A stretch of 64,000 nucleotides of DNA from Azolla caroliniana (GCA_043228905.1 JBHGNT010000001.1:31434001-31498000); one strand, 5' to 3'; positions 1-14,199 are shown, counted from the first letter of the stretch. Numbers and translations: made by a program. The notes: generated from the letters alone by a model not told the origin.

Positions 1-2159
1 ATATATGTGTGTGACAACTACGTTGGATCAAAACTAGTACACCAAGATCATTCTATCTATCACACCAATTGTGCCCACCTCGCATACCTTTTAGAACACC
101 TCACGAAAGTGGGTTTGGTTTAAACGAAGTTCAAAGACGACATTGTGGGATGGCTTCAGACCTTGCTTGGAACCTTCGGAATATAGTCACTTCCATCTAT
201 CATTGTTCAAACAAGAAAGTTGAGCATATTAACAATGTAGTCATTTTAATACCCTTCACAAAATGTTACTTATTAGATCCTTGGTCAAGCAAAGGAGGAT
301 TTATAGCTTACTGATGCAAACACACACACACACACACAATAATAATAGATTCATATCCGCATGGGGTAGTAATATATTAGAAATATTAATAAAGTATAGG
401 GCGGTAGTGGTCCATCGGTTAATGATAAACATCAAATTAATTCAATCATGTGCCAAGGAAGAGCAAGCAATGTGTTCGCTAAGCATATGTTTATATATAA
501 ATAATAAGACCCACAATCCACTTATTAGAATTTTGATTGAGCACGACAAATGATTGTAAGCATGTGTAGATTCTCTTTGCTCTACCTTAAATTTGGAAGT
601 AACATGATTTCTACCCACTCTCTTTCTCTCTTGTATTTTCTAGAAGAATTATCATCCTCACTATTATTCGGGCCTACTTGCATGAAAGTGTCTTGCTTTT
701 ATTTATTCCGACCGACATGAAGGAATTGTCTTTCTTTATGATTTGTGAAATAAGTCACACTTTGGCATTATTGTTCTATGTGTTTCCTTAAGTCTACCCG
801 TGGATACGTGTATCTACACCAACGATAACAATAGTTAGCATTTATTGCATGGAAAATCACTTTAGGACAATGGCTACCATTAGACCTTCAAAAGCTTGAA
901 GTGAGCCCAACTCCTATACAAGAAAGCCCAGTAGAATATTATATATAAGACAAGGCCCATGATTAGACAAAGTTTGAAATTGGAATTCCTCTCTTGAAAT
1001 CGTGGGTTGAACTTGAAAGCAACTAGGAGCAAAACCTTCTACACAAGCAAATGCCTTTTATGGAATTGCCCTGATGAAGGATGAGTTTCTACGCATGTTG
1101 GAACCAACTTTGACGATTGGGTCAAAAACTTATTTCTCCATCTGATTGGTAGAAGAACTCGTACCAACAAATAATTGATCATACTAGTTATGTATGGTAC
1201 ACTTGGAACAATTTAGACCTTCGTGATTGCCACCACCTTTTAGCATGAAGAATAAGTTGTAAGTTTAACCATAAGTATATTTGTTTGCTTCAATCCTTAT
1301 TAACATTTGAGGGCGTTCCATTAATTGGATTGGGGTGATTCTAAAATATTAGAGACCTCATTTAGACAATCTTACCTCTTAACATCCATCATTTCATATC
1401 TAAATTAAGGGGCGCGTCCATTAAAAAAAAACCGTTTGAGTTGACTATAATTAAAAATATTGGGGGAGAGAATATATATAACTTGTGTCTCGAGGAGCGT
1501 ACCATAGCTAGTGATGCCATGAATCGTAGGTACATTATTTGAATCATGTGGGGTGCTCAAGCATGTTGGTATTATCATGGAGATGGATGTGGCAAAGTGA
1601 TGTCTTTTTTGTATATGCTATTGTTATAGTAACCTTACTTGTGTAGGTGTGCAAAAATGATATATTTTTGTATGTACAACATGAAAGTAGCCTAGGCTCT
1701 CTAATGCATAGGTATTGTGTATATACATGACATGTGGATTTTCTTCAGCTATGATGAGTGCTTTATGCAGATCTTGCTAGCTATCAGTTGTTACTAGTAT
1801 ACAAGGCAAGACAAGAAGGTCGATATTTGCCATCCTTTTCTTCGTTCATTAAAGACTTAGTAGGATAAGCATATTATTCACCAATTTGAAGCGAACATGT
1901 CATCAACGTTCAATTTATAATAACCTATTGGTGGATGATTCCTTTGATCAAAGTGTTTGGTAACATGCACATGCATAGCTACACGAGGGCAAACTAGAGG
2001 TTCAATAGTAAATGCCTCGATAAGGTCAATGTAGGTTGGGGTTTTTCGATGTTAGTGGCAATGCCTATGGTGAATTGATTAATAATCCAAGGTTAGAGAC
2101 TTGAAGTTGTCATAGTAGTGGATTTGGCATATATGTGATTTTGAAAAGAGCGCATTCTT

Positions 2160-2290
2160 TTTCTTTTTTCTTTTTTCCAAAAAATCACTACTTCGCATTA
2201 GTTAGCAAACAAAAAGTTTGGATAGCATCCTCTCTATTAGGTAATGCCTCCAAGGTTTTTATTGACAGCCTTAATGGCAAGCAAAAAATA
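2160..2290 (-). mobile_element. Short retroposon (LINE-type) 3' end with A-rich tail
   Basis: Minus strand ends ...ctaactaatgcgaagtagtgattttttggAAAAAAGAAAAAG. This resembles the T-rich+TGG+poly(A) ends of the LINE fragments at 5390-5430 and 11590-11622. Confidence 0.4.
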
Positions 2291-2499
2291 AGTTTTTTCT
2301 AGTTCTGCAATGTTTTCATGTCATAATCCCCTTCAATTTTAAACAATTGCCCTTTATAAATATCAATTCTACTCTATACCCTTTTGCTAATCTTTGTCTC
2401 TCCAATAAACATTATCTTTGTTAATTGTTTTCCAAAATTTAAGGTCCTCTCTATATAAACAAATATGAAGTAATGCATCACATTCTACACGTGTTATTA

Positions 2500-3460
2500 T
2501 CTAAATATAGAAACGAGAAGCCAAAGGATGATACCTAATGTTATTTATATTCAAATCCTGATTCTCCACTTATTCCCAACATTAAACATTGACATTCACA
2601 TGTAGATGACTCAATTACACCTCAAGTGGGCATCAAACCATGGTTCCAAACAACAGTGTACCTTCTTTCAAATACTCACAATGTAAGAGTGGACATGGGG
2701 ACACCTTGTCTTTATCATGGATACTTCTACAGACACAACTTGCCATAGGTCAATAGTTCATTTCAAGCAATAATATAGTTATCGCTACCATGGTTCGAAC
2801 ATATGCATTGTCCACATTGTTGCACATGTGAATGTCTTTAAGTTCCATATTCACATAAAGATTATTTTTTAGATCTTCAGAAATAAGTTGGGCACCAACT
2901 CACACACTTACTCATAAAATGAAATATGCATACGTGTATATAAAGATAAATTTTAATGGTGGTAATAGGATAAAACCAATAGAGTAAGCATGGCCATGAA
3001 TAAAATGGCTTAACTAATATCCATATTCATATTAAGCATTTCTACCCATGTGTTGGCCATAAAGTTTGTTGGTCAACATCAAGTTCTAGAAAACAACCAA
3101 ATTCATCAAATCATAGACTCTACAGAAACAAATTACATGTTTGAATTTTTTGAGATTGGATTGATCCTTTTTAGACGTGGCAACATTATTGAAAATCGAC
3201 ACATCTTTGCTCTTTGAAGTGGATAATTACTAAACACGCGTTTTATTGCATTAGCATTGGAATACTTGAATAGACAAGGCCCCACATTGAAGGAAATTTA
3301 ATAAGAATTTCTAGACGTATGGCTTCTAAACAATTGTGTTTACTTCTACCAAACACACTCACATTCTCTGGTTCAAGGTTTCTAAGTTTGTTTTGTTAAT
3401 GGTTGAATTTACGTAGACGATGTTCAACATTCCACCATATCAAGGTCATATCTAGAACAA
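2500..3460 (+). pseudogene. Highly eroded Mutator-like (MULE/SWIM) transposase relic
   Basis: Manual translation gives broken stretches resembling plant MULE transposases (QLHLKWASNHG; EWTWGHLVFI; LRLD*; SWIM-like HHIKVI) with many stops and frameshifts. Confidence 0.25.
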
Positions 3461-4984
3461 TGCCATTAACGCTTTGTAAATGAGTTCGAGAGTTTTAGTG
3501 CACACAATAACGATGATTGTCGTGTGTATTATACAAAATGATATTGGAAGACAATGATCAAGGTATCGATTATAACACAATGCATTCTACCACCTTGAAA
3601 TTATGATAGCAGAAACTAAGAGCTATATATGCCATTTTGGGGTATGCTCAGTTCTACACTCAAAGTCAAATATATCGTCTTCATTATCAATTATTAGCAC
3701 GTACATCAAAGGGCAGAAATGCTAGATAGTTTGTCACACTGTGCGGTCCTTTCATATTCTTCCATTGAACTTTGGTCCCATTCCTTGCCTTATATTGAAA
3801 GCAAAAAATTATATTCCTCAATAATGTTATAAGTTAAAGTAAGAACAAAAGATACACCATGTGGATGAAACCCTTATCCCATACGGTGGTGTCCTTGTGT
3901 ATATTAGCTCGAATGCATGTTTAAAAAAACAAATATATCCACAATCTATGCTTGAGCACACTTTAACTTATACATATGTAGGTATGTTGCTCCTCTTAGA
4001 ACCCTCATGATGTCAAACACACTAGATAATAGAAAAAGCCTCTTTCTCACAAGGAACATTTCTCATAGCATATCACAATCTACTTTATGGATACCTCATA
4101 AAACACAAACACACCTAGTCTTAGCGTTGGTTGTATTTGTGCTTTGCTTGCAAAAGCACATGATGTTTAAGAACAGAGGGACACATTAGGGACAAGGTAT
4201 TCCAATGGGAAAACACTTTTATACTTATTGCCATATACTTTATAGATACCAATGCACACACATTTGTTTTCTCGCACATATTATTATTATTTTAGAAATA
4301 AATTGGATGACTCTTACAAGTTACCACCAACAATAGCCCTAACACTATATTCTTGAGAATAGGTATAGGGATTTAATCCTAATCCATGCATTTATAAAAA
4401 GCTTTTGAAACAAGCATTTTTTACACTTTCATGTTCTATCATCTAACTCCCTCTTGAACTTCTAAACCAACTTATCTATGGGTGCTACCCTTGGAATGCA
4501 TCTCAGTAGGAGTAGCATGACCATCATAACAGTAAAGATGGTAAAGTATTTGGTTTCGTGCTTAAATTCTCTTCTTCATAAAAGTAATGACAATTTATTC
4601 CTTTAGAGCATTCTTGGTGTTGCCTCTTCTTTCGCTTCCTTGTGAGCAGAATTAGCGAGCTCTTACAAGCAAGCACCACTTGATAAAAACTTAAAGAATT
4701 TGGTAAATTATTTGATTTGGGTTGATAGAATATTGTGGAAAGGGACGCCCAACTGTAATTATTGCAACAGAATAGAAATGAAAGATGAAATTGAAATCAC
4801 AAACTAAACCATGGGATTGTTGTGTCAAATTCAATACAACAATCCTCTAAAAAATATGATGAAAATACACACAACTCTCTCTCTCTCTCAAGATGGGATG
4901 ATGAAATAAGCAAATGCTTCATGTTCAAAAGAGAATACAAGGCCTTTGTATAAGGAATGTGTATGTTTCGTAGTTTTTTTTTAA

Positions 4985-5430
4985 GGTTATATAGAGTGTT
5001 TTTTCTATTTCTTTTAGGACAAAACCTCAAATATGGCAATTGGTAAGCAGTATTACAATTTGGTATATTTGGAAGGCTCGATGTTTGAAGGTATTTCAAA
5101 ATATGACTGAAAGACCTGCTCAAATAATCTCCGGAATTTGGATAGAGATTGTACATAATCTTAGAGGGATTTTGGATGGTATAAAAGGTAATACGCATCA
5201 AGCGGAGCTTAGGCGGGTGGAGTTTCATGCCATTTGGGACATAGGTATATTTTATAGACGGTATTTTGGTAAGGTGGAGTGGTTCTACTCAACACCAAAG
5301 TGTTTATTCAAGCCAATGGTTAGACTTTAGAAAAATATAGGGGATCGGTATAGCTTGTATGTTTAGCCTTATGGCGGTTTTCTAATACTAATGTAGTATC
5401 TTTTTTATTGGAAAAAAAAAAAAAAAAAAA
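4985..5430 (+). mobile_element. 5'-truncated LINE (L1/Tx1-like) 3' end with poly(A)
   Basis: ORF 5040-5330 (ITIWYIWKARCLKVF...W) is the typical plant LINE ORF2 C-terminus. A19 tail at 5412-5430. Homologous to 11374-11621. Confidence 0.8.
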
Positions 5431-5519
5431 CACAAAGGCAAGATGCTTAATTTGCTTTTTAGGTTTGGCTAAAAAATAGCTTTATTTCTACATGGGTGCT
5501 TATATTGAGCCAATGGGAG

Positions 5520-6110
5520 AGGAAGAACATGGAAATAGAATGGAAATAATTCTATGACGATGTTGAACTCCGCGAGCCTATAAAAGTTTTATTGGGTTAC
5601 CAACGAAGAAGGTTTACCTACATCCTAGTTCAAATCTAGACGAGGGAGCAAAGTCGTGACAACCTTGGTGACATTGTCTAGAAGGCAACATGTTCAAGAG
5701 GCACAATATCAACTAGGCCCATTCAATGTTTTATATTTGCATCTGAATGTTTGAAGGCATGGTTGGACTACCCAATTAGAGGTAATTTGGTTGAATAGGA
5801 CTATCACACCCTCTAAAGAATGTTGAAGCAGTAAAACAATGGTTGTTGCTCAAACACTAAGGCTTCATGAAGATTGTCTAAACATGGTTTTGTTATCTAA
5901 AACGTCCTAAGGATCATACAAAAATGTTTATAAGATATTAGATGTCTACTACGTGGTCAATATGGTGATCTACAAGGTTTGGATGATGTCCTGTGGCAAA
6001 GGCAAGTGGCCTTTAAGAACCAATGGCAAGGACTTCACTTATTTTCGGATACAACTTCTAGGATGAAGTGGAATTATGCCATACCTTCTTTTATGTTGTA
6101 TAGTTGATAT
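5520..6110 (+). mobile_element. Decayed LINE ORF2 3' fragment
   Basis: Translation ...LLRGQYGDLQGLDDVLWQRQVAFKNQWQGLHLF...KWNYAIP aligns by eye with VVRGQYDNMQG...LWKKVPLF...QWQYRLP of the LINE at 38785-39078. Confidence 0.55.
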
Positions 6111-7269
6111 TTATTGTTCTCTTTGTTTCATATATGAGAACATCTGCTTGATCAAATGCTTATACTAAGCCTTTGTATCACGTTAGAAGTGAGATGAAAA
6201 GTTTCCTTCTGTTTTCTCCATGTACAATGTTCAAGTAATAACTAAGGTAAATGTTTTAGTAACAAAAAAAAAAGTTAATAAGACACTAAACAAGAGAGAC
6301 ATTTATTAAAGTCATTCTTCAAGAATTAGAAGATGGCGATAAATTAAAGGGAGATAGAGCGGATGTTGAGTATCACATTGTGTTATGTGAATCGTCAATG
6401 GATGCCAAATCTTATTCTTGCCAAATTTGGTAGTGTACGTTCACATTTTCATCATTACTTGCTTACCTATTGATTTACCATCATAGAAGCTTCTTTGTAA
6501 TTGTTGGTTTGGGAATTAGTTAAAATGAGAATGCTCACATGCTTGATGGTTAAACATTATGAATATATCACTAAACTAGGGGGAATTTAACAACACAAAA
6601 GCCTATATGTTTGTCTTTCATGGTGTTTGGTATGTTCCTGCTCAAATACTAATTGGTTGCATTGATTTGTACTTCATACGTACTAGCTAGATTCTTTGAT
6701 AATAAAGCGTAATCTTAAGATTATGTTTTTGGTTTCTTCCTCTTGAGGTTCAGAAATGGATTCCAAGCAATGCTTTGCGTGATTAATCTATGTTTTTTCA
6801 TCGTAATTAGCATGAATCAAAAGCAAACTTAATTGAGATAAGCATTATGGTAGTAGAACAGTAGACAAAAAATGTTTTGATACCATTATGTGGATTGTTT
6901 CTCCAATAGTAAGGAACTCATTACAAATATAGTGATTGCAAATTTGAATATATTAATCCATGAATAATATCAAGAGTGACTCATTAATTCATAAATGATT
7001 TGATGTTTTTTTTATTACAAAAAGATACATCTTGGTATTATAAAATCATAAGAAATACAAAAGTTGTGTTGGATAAACTAATATACCAACCAATTCCCTT
7101 GTACTCACATAATGGCCGATTTGATGTGTATATACATACAATAACCACACATATTTGTATACCATATCTCCAAGATTATTGTGGTTTATTCCTCCCAAAT
7201 TGCAAATGAACATGCAATGTAGCCTATACCACCAACATCTGTAGCAACAAAATCCATAAACAAAGTTAG

Positions 7270-8290
7270 TAGACATTGTTTCCCAAAATTATGAGAACAA
7301 TATACATCCATATAATTTGATCTCCATCTTCCCTAAAAGCAAGCATTTGAATCCCATAACCTTTTAAAGTGCATTTGCTTCCTGAAATAGCATTAACATT
7401 GCTTGTAAAACTTTCGTATTGACCACGTAATGTATGAATAAGCAACAACTAGAATTAAACAATTATAATAGAAACATCGTGAGTGACATTGTCAAAAATT
7501 GATGTACATCACGCCTTCCAAATCACCCACATCAGAATAGATGAAATTGTCTTCCAAATAATATCATCCCTAATTTGCAACCTGTCAAACAGAAAAGTTT
7601 GATCAATTTGTACATGAGGAGGAACTATGTGAAAAGCTCCACTATATCCTCCTTTTCATACAACAATAGTTGTCCCTCTAGAATGCCCCACCTAACAACA
7701 CCCCAAGTGATCACACAATTAGCATGTATCAATACCAAGAGCCTTAAAACTCCCTTCCATACTAGCGTAATTTTAGACAAGACCACAACACATGGTTAAT
7801 TGATTCCATCATATAACCACAACCAAATCCATACGACTTACAATGTATTTGCCATAACCAAGCCCGAGCCGGTAATGCATAATGCATCAAAAACCAACGA
7901 AACAGTATGATCTTCTTGGCAATCTGCATACTCCATAACCACTTCCAATATTTAGATGCATACATTAAAAAGGCCCCATTTGCCAACCACACTTTCATAA
8001 CGGATGGTGGATGCAATTTCTTACTTAAGACGTTGTTCCATTTACTCCTATAATAACACCAAACGGAGTAAAGTATCCAAACCAAATATGCACAAAAGAA
8101 GGTGACCAATTAGAGAGAAAATTCCCTAAAGATAATTGAATTGAATCAAACATAGATCTAAAACCCCTACACATGGAAGCATCAAGTTGAGAATTATGAA
8201 GATGACAAACATAATTTCCCCAAGAGGCTATTGTGGTAGCTATACCATTATCCAATTCAGCCCAATGTAACCCCAAGAACTATGTTGTTT
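7270..8290 (-). mobile_element. Decayed LINE ORF2 3' fragment (zf-RVT region to C-terminus)
   Basis: KYWKWLWSMQIAKKIILFRWFLMHYALP...ESINHVLWSC (7762-8109) and LIHTLRGQY (7266-7448) match the LINE at 38785-39747. Confidence 0.75.
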
Positions 8291-8464
8291 GCCTTGAATT
8301 CATTCAAGGTGAACTCAAATATTTATACTAAGTGGCATGCATGTGATACAATAGAGCATGTATGTACGCATGCATGTGCCAAATGTAAATAAACAAGGGA
8401 GAATTTATGCACATGATGTTACCTTAAAAGCTACAAGGAGCAATCATGCACATGATCGTATATT

Positions 8465-8597
8465 GGATATGTTGCTTAACAAATAACACTCGATTATAAC
8501 ACAAGAGGTCAAGAGTTCAAATCTTGACATGACCATTGTGTCTATGACAACCGTGTCTACTTCCAAGCAAAACACCCCTGTCATCAAAAAAAATAAA
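8465..8597 (+). mobile_element. Possible tRNA-derived SINE
   Basis: T-arm/B-box hairpin gtcaagaGTTCAAATCttgac near 8507-8528, a degenerate A-box-like stretch upstream and an A-rich tail at 8586-8598. No clear TSD. Confidence 0.35.
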
Positions 8598-8599
8598 AT

Positions 8600-9210
8600 T
8601 CCAAATCAAGGGTTGCTACAACAGCTCTTCATTCGAAGATGAGCATCTACGGACAAAAAATAACTTAACAACATCTCGCACTCTACAAATGTGATCCATA
8701 AAACCATGTTTTGGAACATGTATCTATCTGTCTTGTCTTACAATTTGACAGGAGTGCCCATCTTAGAGATGGCTTCCAAGAACCACCAATAGACGGTTTA
8801 ATATCAACAAATCGGTTTAAAAGCAAATCAGACCATATACCTTGAGCAGGCAACATAGCTCTAACAACAAATTTTGCTAGAAGAGCCTTACATTGATTAT
8901 CTGGATCTACCAACCCTAAACCACCATCAGATAATTGTGCAGTCAGTATCGACCAAGCTACCTTTGCACGAGCATCATAATTACTTCGTCCTACCCAAAT
9001 AAAGTTCTGAACCACTTGTTGAATCTGCAACAAACAAGATCTAGAGAACAAACATGTAGATGCAATATACCACATAGTTGAAAGGAGAACCTGATTACAT
9101 ATCATAACTCTGCCTGATAAAGACAACTTTGTGGTGTCGCAAATCAATAACTTTTTCTTGAGTGATAACATTTGAGGAGCTAACAATGATTCGCTCCTTA
9201 TGCACATTTA
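8600..9210 (-). mobile_element. LINE ORF2 internal fragment (just downstream of RT)
   Basis: ORF 8683-9207 has LSLSGRVMICNQVLLSTMWY...AKVAWSILT...GGLGLVD, characteristic post-RT motifs of L1/Tx1 ORF2. Confidence 0.85.
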
Positions 9211-10695
9211 TACCAACTTGACAACGTAAGTAACAAACTGAAAATCCTTTTTGAATCTAACGAAAGGACTCAGATGGTCTCATGATGGCAACGGCCTCGT
9301 AGAAACCCAAAAACTCACTGATTTATACCAATTAATTTTTGCACTAGAGGGAACAAATTTTTTTTCCACAAATTACCTTCTTCAGCATGCATCTTTAGGA
9401 ATAAGACACTTCCTGCTTTGTGTCCTATGTCAAATGTAAATGTACAACCATTTCACCAAGAATTGCCATAATTACAACTAAAGTAGATGGTTGGTATCTG
9501 TGCAACAATTAGGAGCCAAGCAATCATGAACCCTAATATGACTTTGGCCGAGTATGTTGGATAAGACTTACAAGCACATATTTTATGACTATCAATCTAC
9601 GAAATCAACGATGTTATGTTACATATATGTCATGGGTATCAATAATATAAACCAAAAGAGAGTTTCTACCTAATATCCCTTTTTATTGGTTATATTGCAA
9701 ACATCTAGAGGCTTATTACTATAATATTTCATTAGTTTAAACCACACCAATGAGTGCATATGTTAAGAGAGGACAAGAAACACATGGTAGGACACATGAT
9801 GTCCATGCACTCGATATCCAAATTTATTTGAAGGCCTCTTACTTGGCATTTTGTGAGCAATAAACACCCAACAAAAACATTCATTTTGTGTACTTTACTA
9901 TTTTTACAATGTTTTAGACCTATGAGCATTATATAAAAAGTTTATGTGATATAATTGTGACATTAGAGTGAGTGATGAATTCCAAATTTAGTGTTTCGTC
10001 ATAAGGGGTTGTCATTGGTAGATCACACTATCATGAAAAAGGAGAATAAGCATTGATTTTTCTGTCAAGGGTTTCTTTCGAAATCATTTTCAAAAGTAGT
10101 AGATTGGGTCAACAATATGATATTCGGTATGACTAGCCTATGAGATATTGCCTTCTATACACTTTCAAGTATCATCACAATCAAGTGGTAATCTTGATGC
10201 AAAATTGACACTTGTTTTGGTTGGTGTACCTACACATTACGCTCCAAATCTTTGAAGCTCATTCATTCAGTAAATAAAGTATTTTCTAACCATACCATCC
10301 GTATCCAAATTTTTTAATACCAATCCTGAAATTTGTACACATGAAAGTTTTTACACGATTCAAGTTTGATTCTAACTTGACTATACACATGCATATAACA
10401 TACAGTTATAAACTATAAGCTCTAGGTTTTGTTCGGAAGATAAGCATTCCACCAATTATATGCTTGCCAAGGACTTCTAATCAATTTCTATAGTTCATCA
10501 CATGGTGAATCTTAATGTAATATTTATGTTCAATATCATATATTTTATTGCATCGCGTTATAATGCATATTTGAAAAGGTCATTAAAAAAATCTAAAAAA
10601 ACCTCTAGCAAAGTTTGGTGTGTTTTGAAGTTGAGATTCTAAGAAACATATTACAACAAGTACCAAAGTTATAGAAAATTGGAAAATATAACAAA

Positions 10696-10995
10696 ATGTT
10701 TTCAGCATATAGACTAGAAATTCATGTAGGCTCACAATGTCTTTGGGATGTTGTCCAAAAAGGGGATGAATTTATGAATACAAAGTTAAGTCTAAAAGAA
10801 AGCACTAGTGAAAGTGTTGAAATAATGAATCTACTTGAACCGAAAGCATGTTCAAACAATAGTTATGATTGTATAGTAATAATTTCTATTGTATTAAATG
10901 TTTTTAGGATTCCAAGTAACAAGAAATCTCCAACAACAAAGTATAAGTGGGATATCTTTCCACAAATGTCTTTAATAACATGAGGAGGGAGTTTG
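10696..10995 (+). pseudogene. Possible eroded copia gag fragment
   Basis: LEIHVGSQCLWDVVQKG resembles the copia gag N-terminal motif; purine tract gaggagggagtt follows at about 10982. Confidence 0.25.
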
Positions 10996-11373
10996 AAGTT
11001 CAAAACATAGTTGCAAACTACCTAAAGGGAGAAATGTACATGTGGTGAACATTGGGAAATTATGGGTAAATAAAAAGTGGCTTAACAATTGTCTTTTGAT
11101 GATGAGAATGTACGGATGTGTTTATAAGGATTATCAAGGAAGTATGTTGCGTTAAAACATTTATGCACTACCACCTAATTGTGAAGCTATTCATGATGAT
11201 TGTGAAACTAATGTTGTTAGTTAATGTAGTTGTTGTTTCTCAAAGACACTTGCAAACAATGATAGGGCTATTTATATGTGGGGATAAAATGTTCATCTTA
11301 CAAAAATTTCTCGTTTGCCAACTTTCGAGAGAAGAGTCATATGCCTTGAATCCTAATAGAACAATCTATTGAT

Positions 11374-11621
11374 AAGGTGGATAATATAAAATGTAATACC
11401 CAACAAGCGGAGCTCAAACAATTGGAGTTTCATTCCACTTGGGACAGAGGCATATTTTATAGACAAATTTTGGATAAGGTGGAGTGATTCTACTTATACC
11501 GAAGTATTTATTTAAGCCGATTGTTAGAATTTAGAAATAAGGGGCGCATTACTAAAAGGTACATCTTATATGTATAGGCTATTTTCTTAATACTAATTTA
11601 GTTTTTTTTTGGGAAAAAAAA
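11374..11621 (+). mobile_element. Short 5'-truncated LINE insertion with 14-bp TSD
   Basis: Homologous to 5180-5430, with a poly(A) tail. Direct repeat aacaatctattgat at 11360-11373 and 11622-11635. Confidence 0.85.
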
Positions 11622-12430
11622 AACAATCTATTGATGTTTGGAACATCCTTAGAATACGAGTTGGGAAAAAGAATAGGACCCAAAGTTTCAAGGTGGTTCA
11701 AACTTAAAAAGGGACGAGCCCTTAGATGACCATATGCAATCAATTTGAGTCCATTACTCTACATTATCTTTGTTTTTTTTCCAATAGTTACTACTCAAGG
11801 GATAAACCCTTTTTCCCCACATTTTGTTTTGCATTTGCATGTAGAAGCTTTCTCACACAAAGGGGATGTGACATCCTCACACACTAACATTTCAGTCCCA
11901 ACAATTTTGGAACTCATGATGCATTAGGTAATGCATGCTTCAATGCCCAATTCTCAAACTTAGTGATTAAAGTGATTCGTCCGTCAACCATGATTAGTAT
12001 ATTTTTGGTTGATCATTACATTGTGATTATTCACGATATAGCCTAATTCCTATGTACTTATTCAATGCAATCTATGATTAACTTGTGATTCTTTACTTAA
12101 TCCATGTTTTATTTACAAATATCCCATTATTGATTCATAAACTCATGATTGATGTGTGATTGATGATTGCATCATGTTTGATGGAATGAGAAAGATGTAT
12201 AAAATATGATAGGAACTTCATCCTTTTACCAAGCCACTAAGCCATTAAATGATGTAAAACATCAATAATATTTGAAGAATACACAAATACTTTAAAGAAA
12301 CCAATGACTTGATATCTATGCTCTAAATATGTGATTGTCAAGATTCCAAATATATTATGAATGCTATGAATAAAGAGGTACGAAGATAAAATTGTGGTTA
12401 GGCTCATTATAATATGCATTATCATTTTAC

Positions 12431-12737
12431 ATATTGGTAAATAAAAGAATTGTTACACAAACCATGAAACTACTATGCATTAAGGTCGGTTTTATTTTCA
12501 AAATGGGAGCTATACGAATATGTATTAAACTTACCCATCAAGTCATGGTTAAAATATCGTTCATGAGATGCATGCATTGCAAATATTGGTAAATAAAAGA
12601 ATTGTTACCAGAACCATGAAACTACTATGGCATTACGATTGGTTTTATTTTCAAAAGGGGAGCTATATGAATATGTATTAAACTTACCCTTCGAGTCATG
12701 GTTAAAATATCGTTCATAAGATGCATGCATTGCAAAT
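12431..12737. repeat. Tandem dimer, about 152-bp unit
   Basis: atattggtaaataaaagaattgttac...gatgcatgcattgcaaat occurs twice, starting 12431 and 12583, with a few substitutions. Confidence 0.9.
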
Positions 12738-13448
12738 CAAGGGATTCAAAACCTATAGGGTAAGTTGGGGTTACCACTAAATCCTCTCGTACTAACCTTA
12801 TATGTGTTTTTTAAATTTCTTTAGTAATTATATAGTGTGATGTGTTTATTAATGGCTATAGGATTTCCAAAAGATCCGTTGTCACAAGACACTGCTCATT
12901 GAACACAACTATTGAATGTACACATTGTGGTTGGTAAGCATTTTCTATAAGCCCAACAAGTTTCTTATGTGGTTTGGTGTTAACAATTCACTCTTGATCT
13001 TTAGGCCTACGTACCATAATTTCTCTTGATTCTAACATTCTTTTTCCTTTACAAAATTGGAGTACGAATAATGGTTTAGGAACGAGCATGATAAGTGAAT
13101 CCAAGTAAACATTTTATGTCAAGAGAGAATACCTCAATTTACTTTTTCTTTGATTTTCTATAGGTTTGTATATGTGGTACAAAAAAACGACATGCTTTAT
13201 CCAACAATGGTCATCCTCTCCTTTTCTTGAGTCTGTGGCCATTCACATAAGATGGAACTATCGTGTCCCTATATAATACTCTTAGATGTAAAATTTTATA
13301 ACTAATAGAAGAAGTTTTGTTTTGGAAAACAACAACAACATGCTTTTCAACGTGGCTCAATCTTGTGTACATTGGAGGGAGAGACACAAGCCAAAGGAGA
13401 ACCAAGAGGACCAATATTCTTCCTTATTTATGTTTTATGGCAAAGGAC

Positions 13449-13545
13449 TTTTTTTTCCAAAAAATCACTACTTCATGGTGAAGGACTTGAATCCTCGCAC
13501 TCTCAAACATATGGGTTTGATATTATGATTGAGTAGATCTAGCTT
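13449..13545 (-). mobile_element. Possible tRNA-derived SINE with LINE-like tail
   Basis: Minus strand has a B-box-like gaggATTCAAGTCCtt followed by gaagtagtgattttttgg(A)8. The terminal 24 bp are identical to 2171-2194. Confidence 0.4.
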
Positions 13546-14051
13546 GTTATTATTCTCAAAGGCCAATATATGTATGACCAAGGGGCCCCAAAAAGTACAT
13601 AAAAACCTACCAAAGGCCATAACCATGATTGTGCCGCAAAAGAAACATATAAACCTTCCCCCTAATGCCATGAGATAAGTAGGGGTACAAACAATTTAAA
13701 ATTGCAACAAAAACCAACAATAAATCATAGAGGATGATCAAGTGTTTGGAAGAATGGTTGAAGATCAACATCCGTAAATGATCACCCAATTTTCCCTCTT
13801 TGTGTGCTTCATACATCTTCTTAATAATATGGTTTGTACTTATTTTGGTTAGAGTGAACTCTTTGTTGGGTGAAACTTAGATTAGAGGAATTACTTAGGA
13901 CAAGACCCCTCATTTGTGCCCAAAGAACCATTTTGCGTCAAGGAAAATGATATTTGTTTTAAATGACAAAGATCCTTGGAACAATGGTATATCTTGTAAT
14001 TTCTCCCAAATAAATCCATAATTTGGGGGAATACATAACCATTGCTTGACA

Positions 14052-14071
14052 TCTCTCTCTCTCTCTCTCTC
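14052..14071. repeat. (TC)10 microsatellite abutting LINE 3' end
   Basis: Seen directly; minus-strand AATAAA at 14085-14090 lies just inside the element. Confidence 0.9.
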
Positions 14072-14199
14072 GTAAATAATGGCTTTTATTATGAAAGAAA
14101 AAACATCACCATGACTAACTTACTACAAAGTATAGAACCCCTTCTATCTATGGGATCCAAAGACTACTACAACTCCAAACCCAATGCCACCCTAGACAC

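Noticed and set aside
1740-1965. FCP1/HAD-like fragment (FIKDL...NLLVDDS)
   Set aside because: Short motifs in different frames; cannot be supported without a search.
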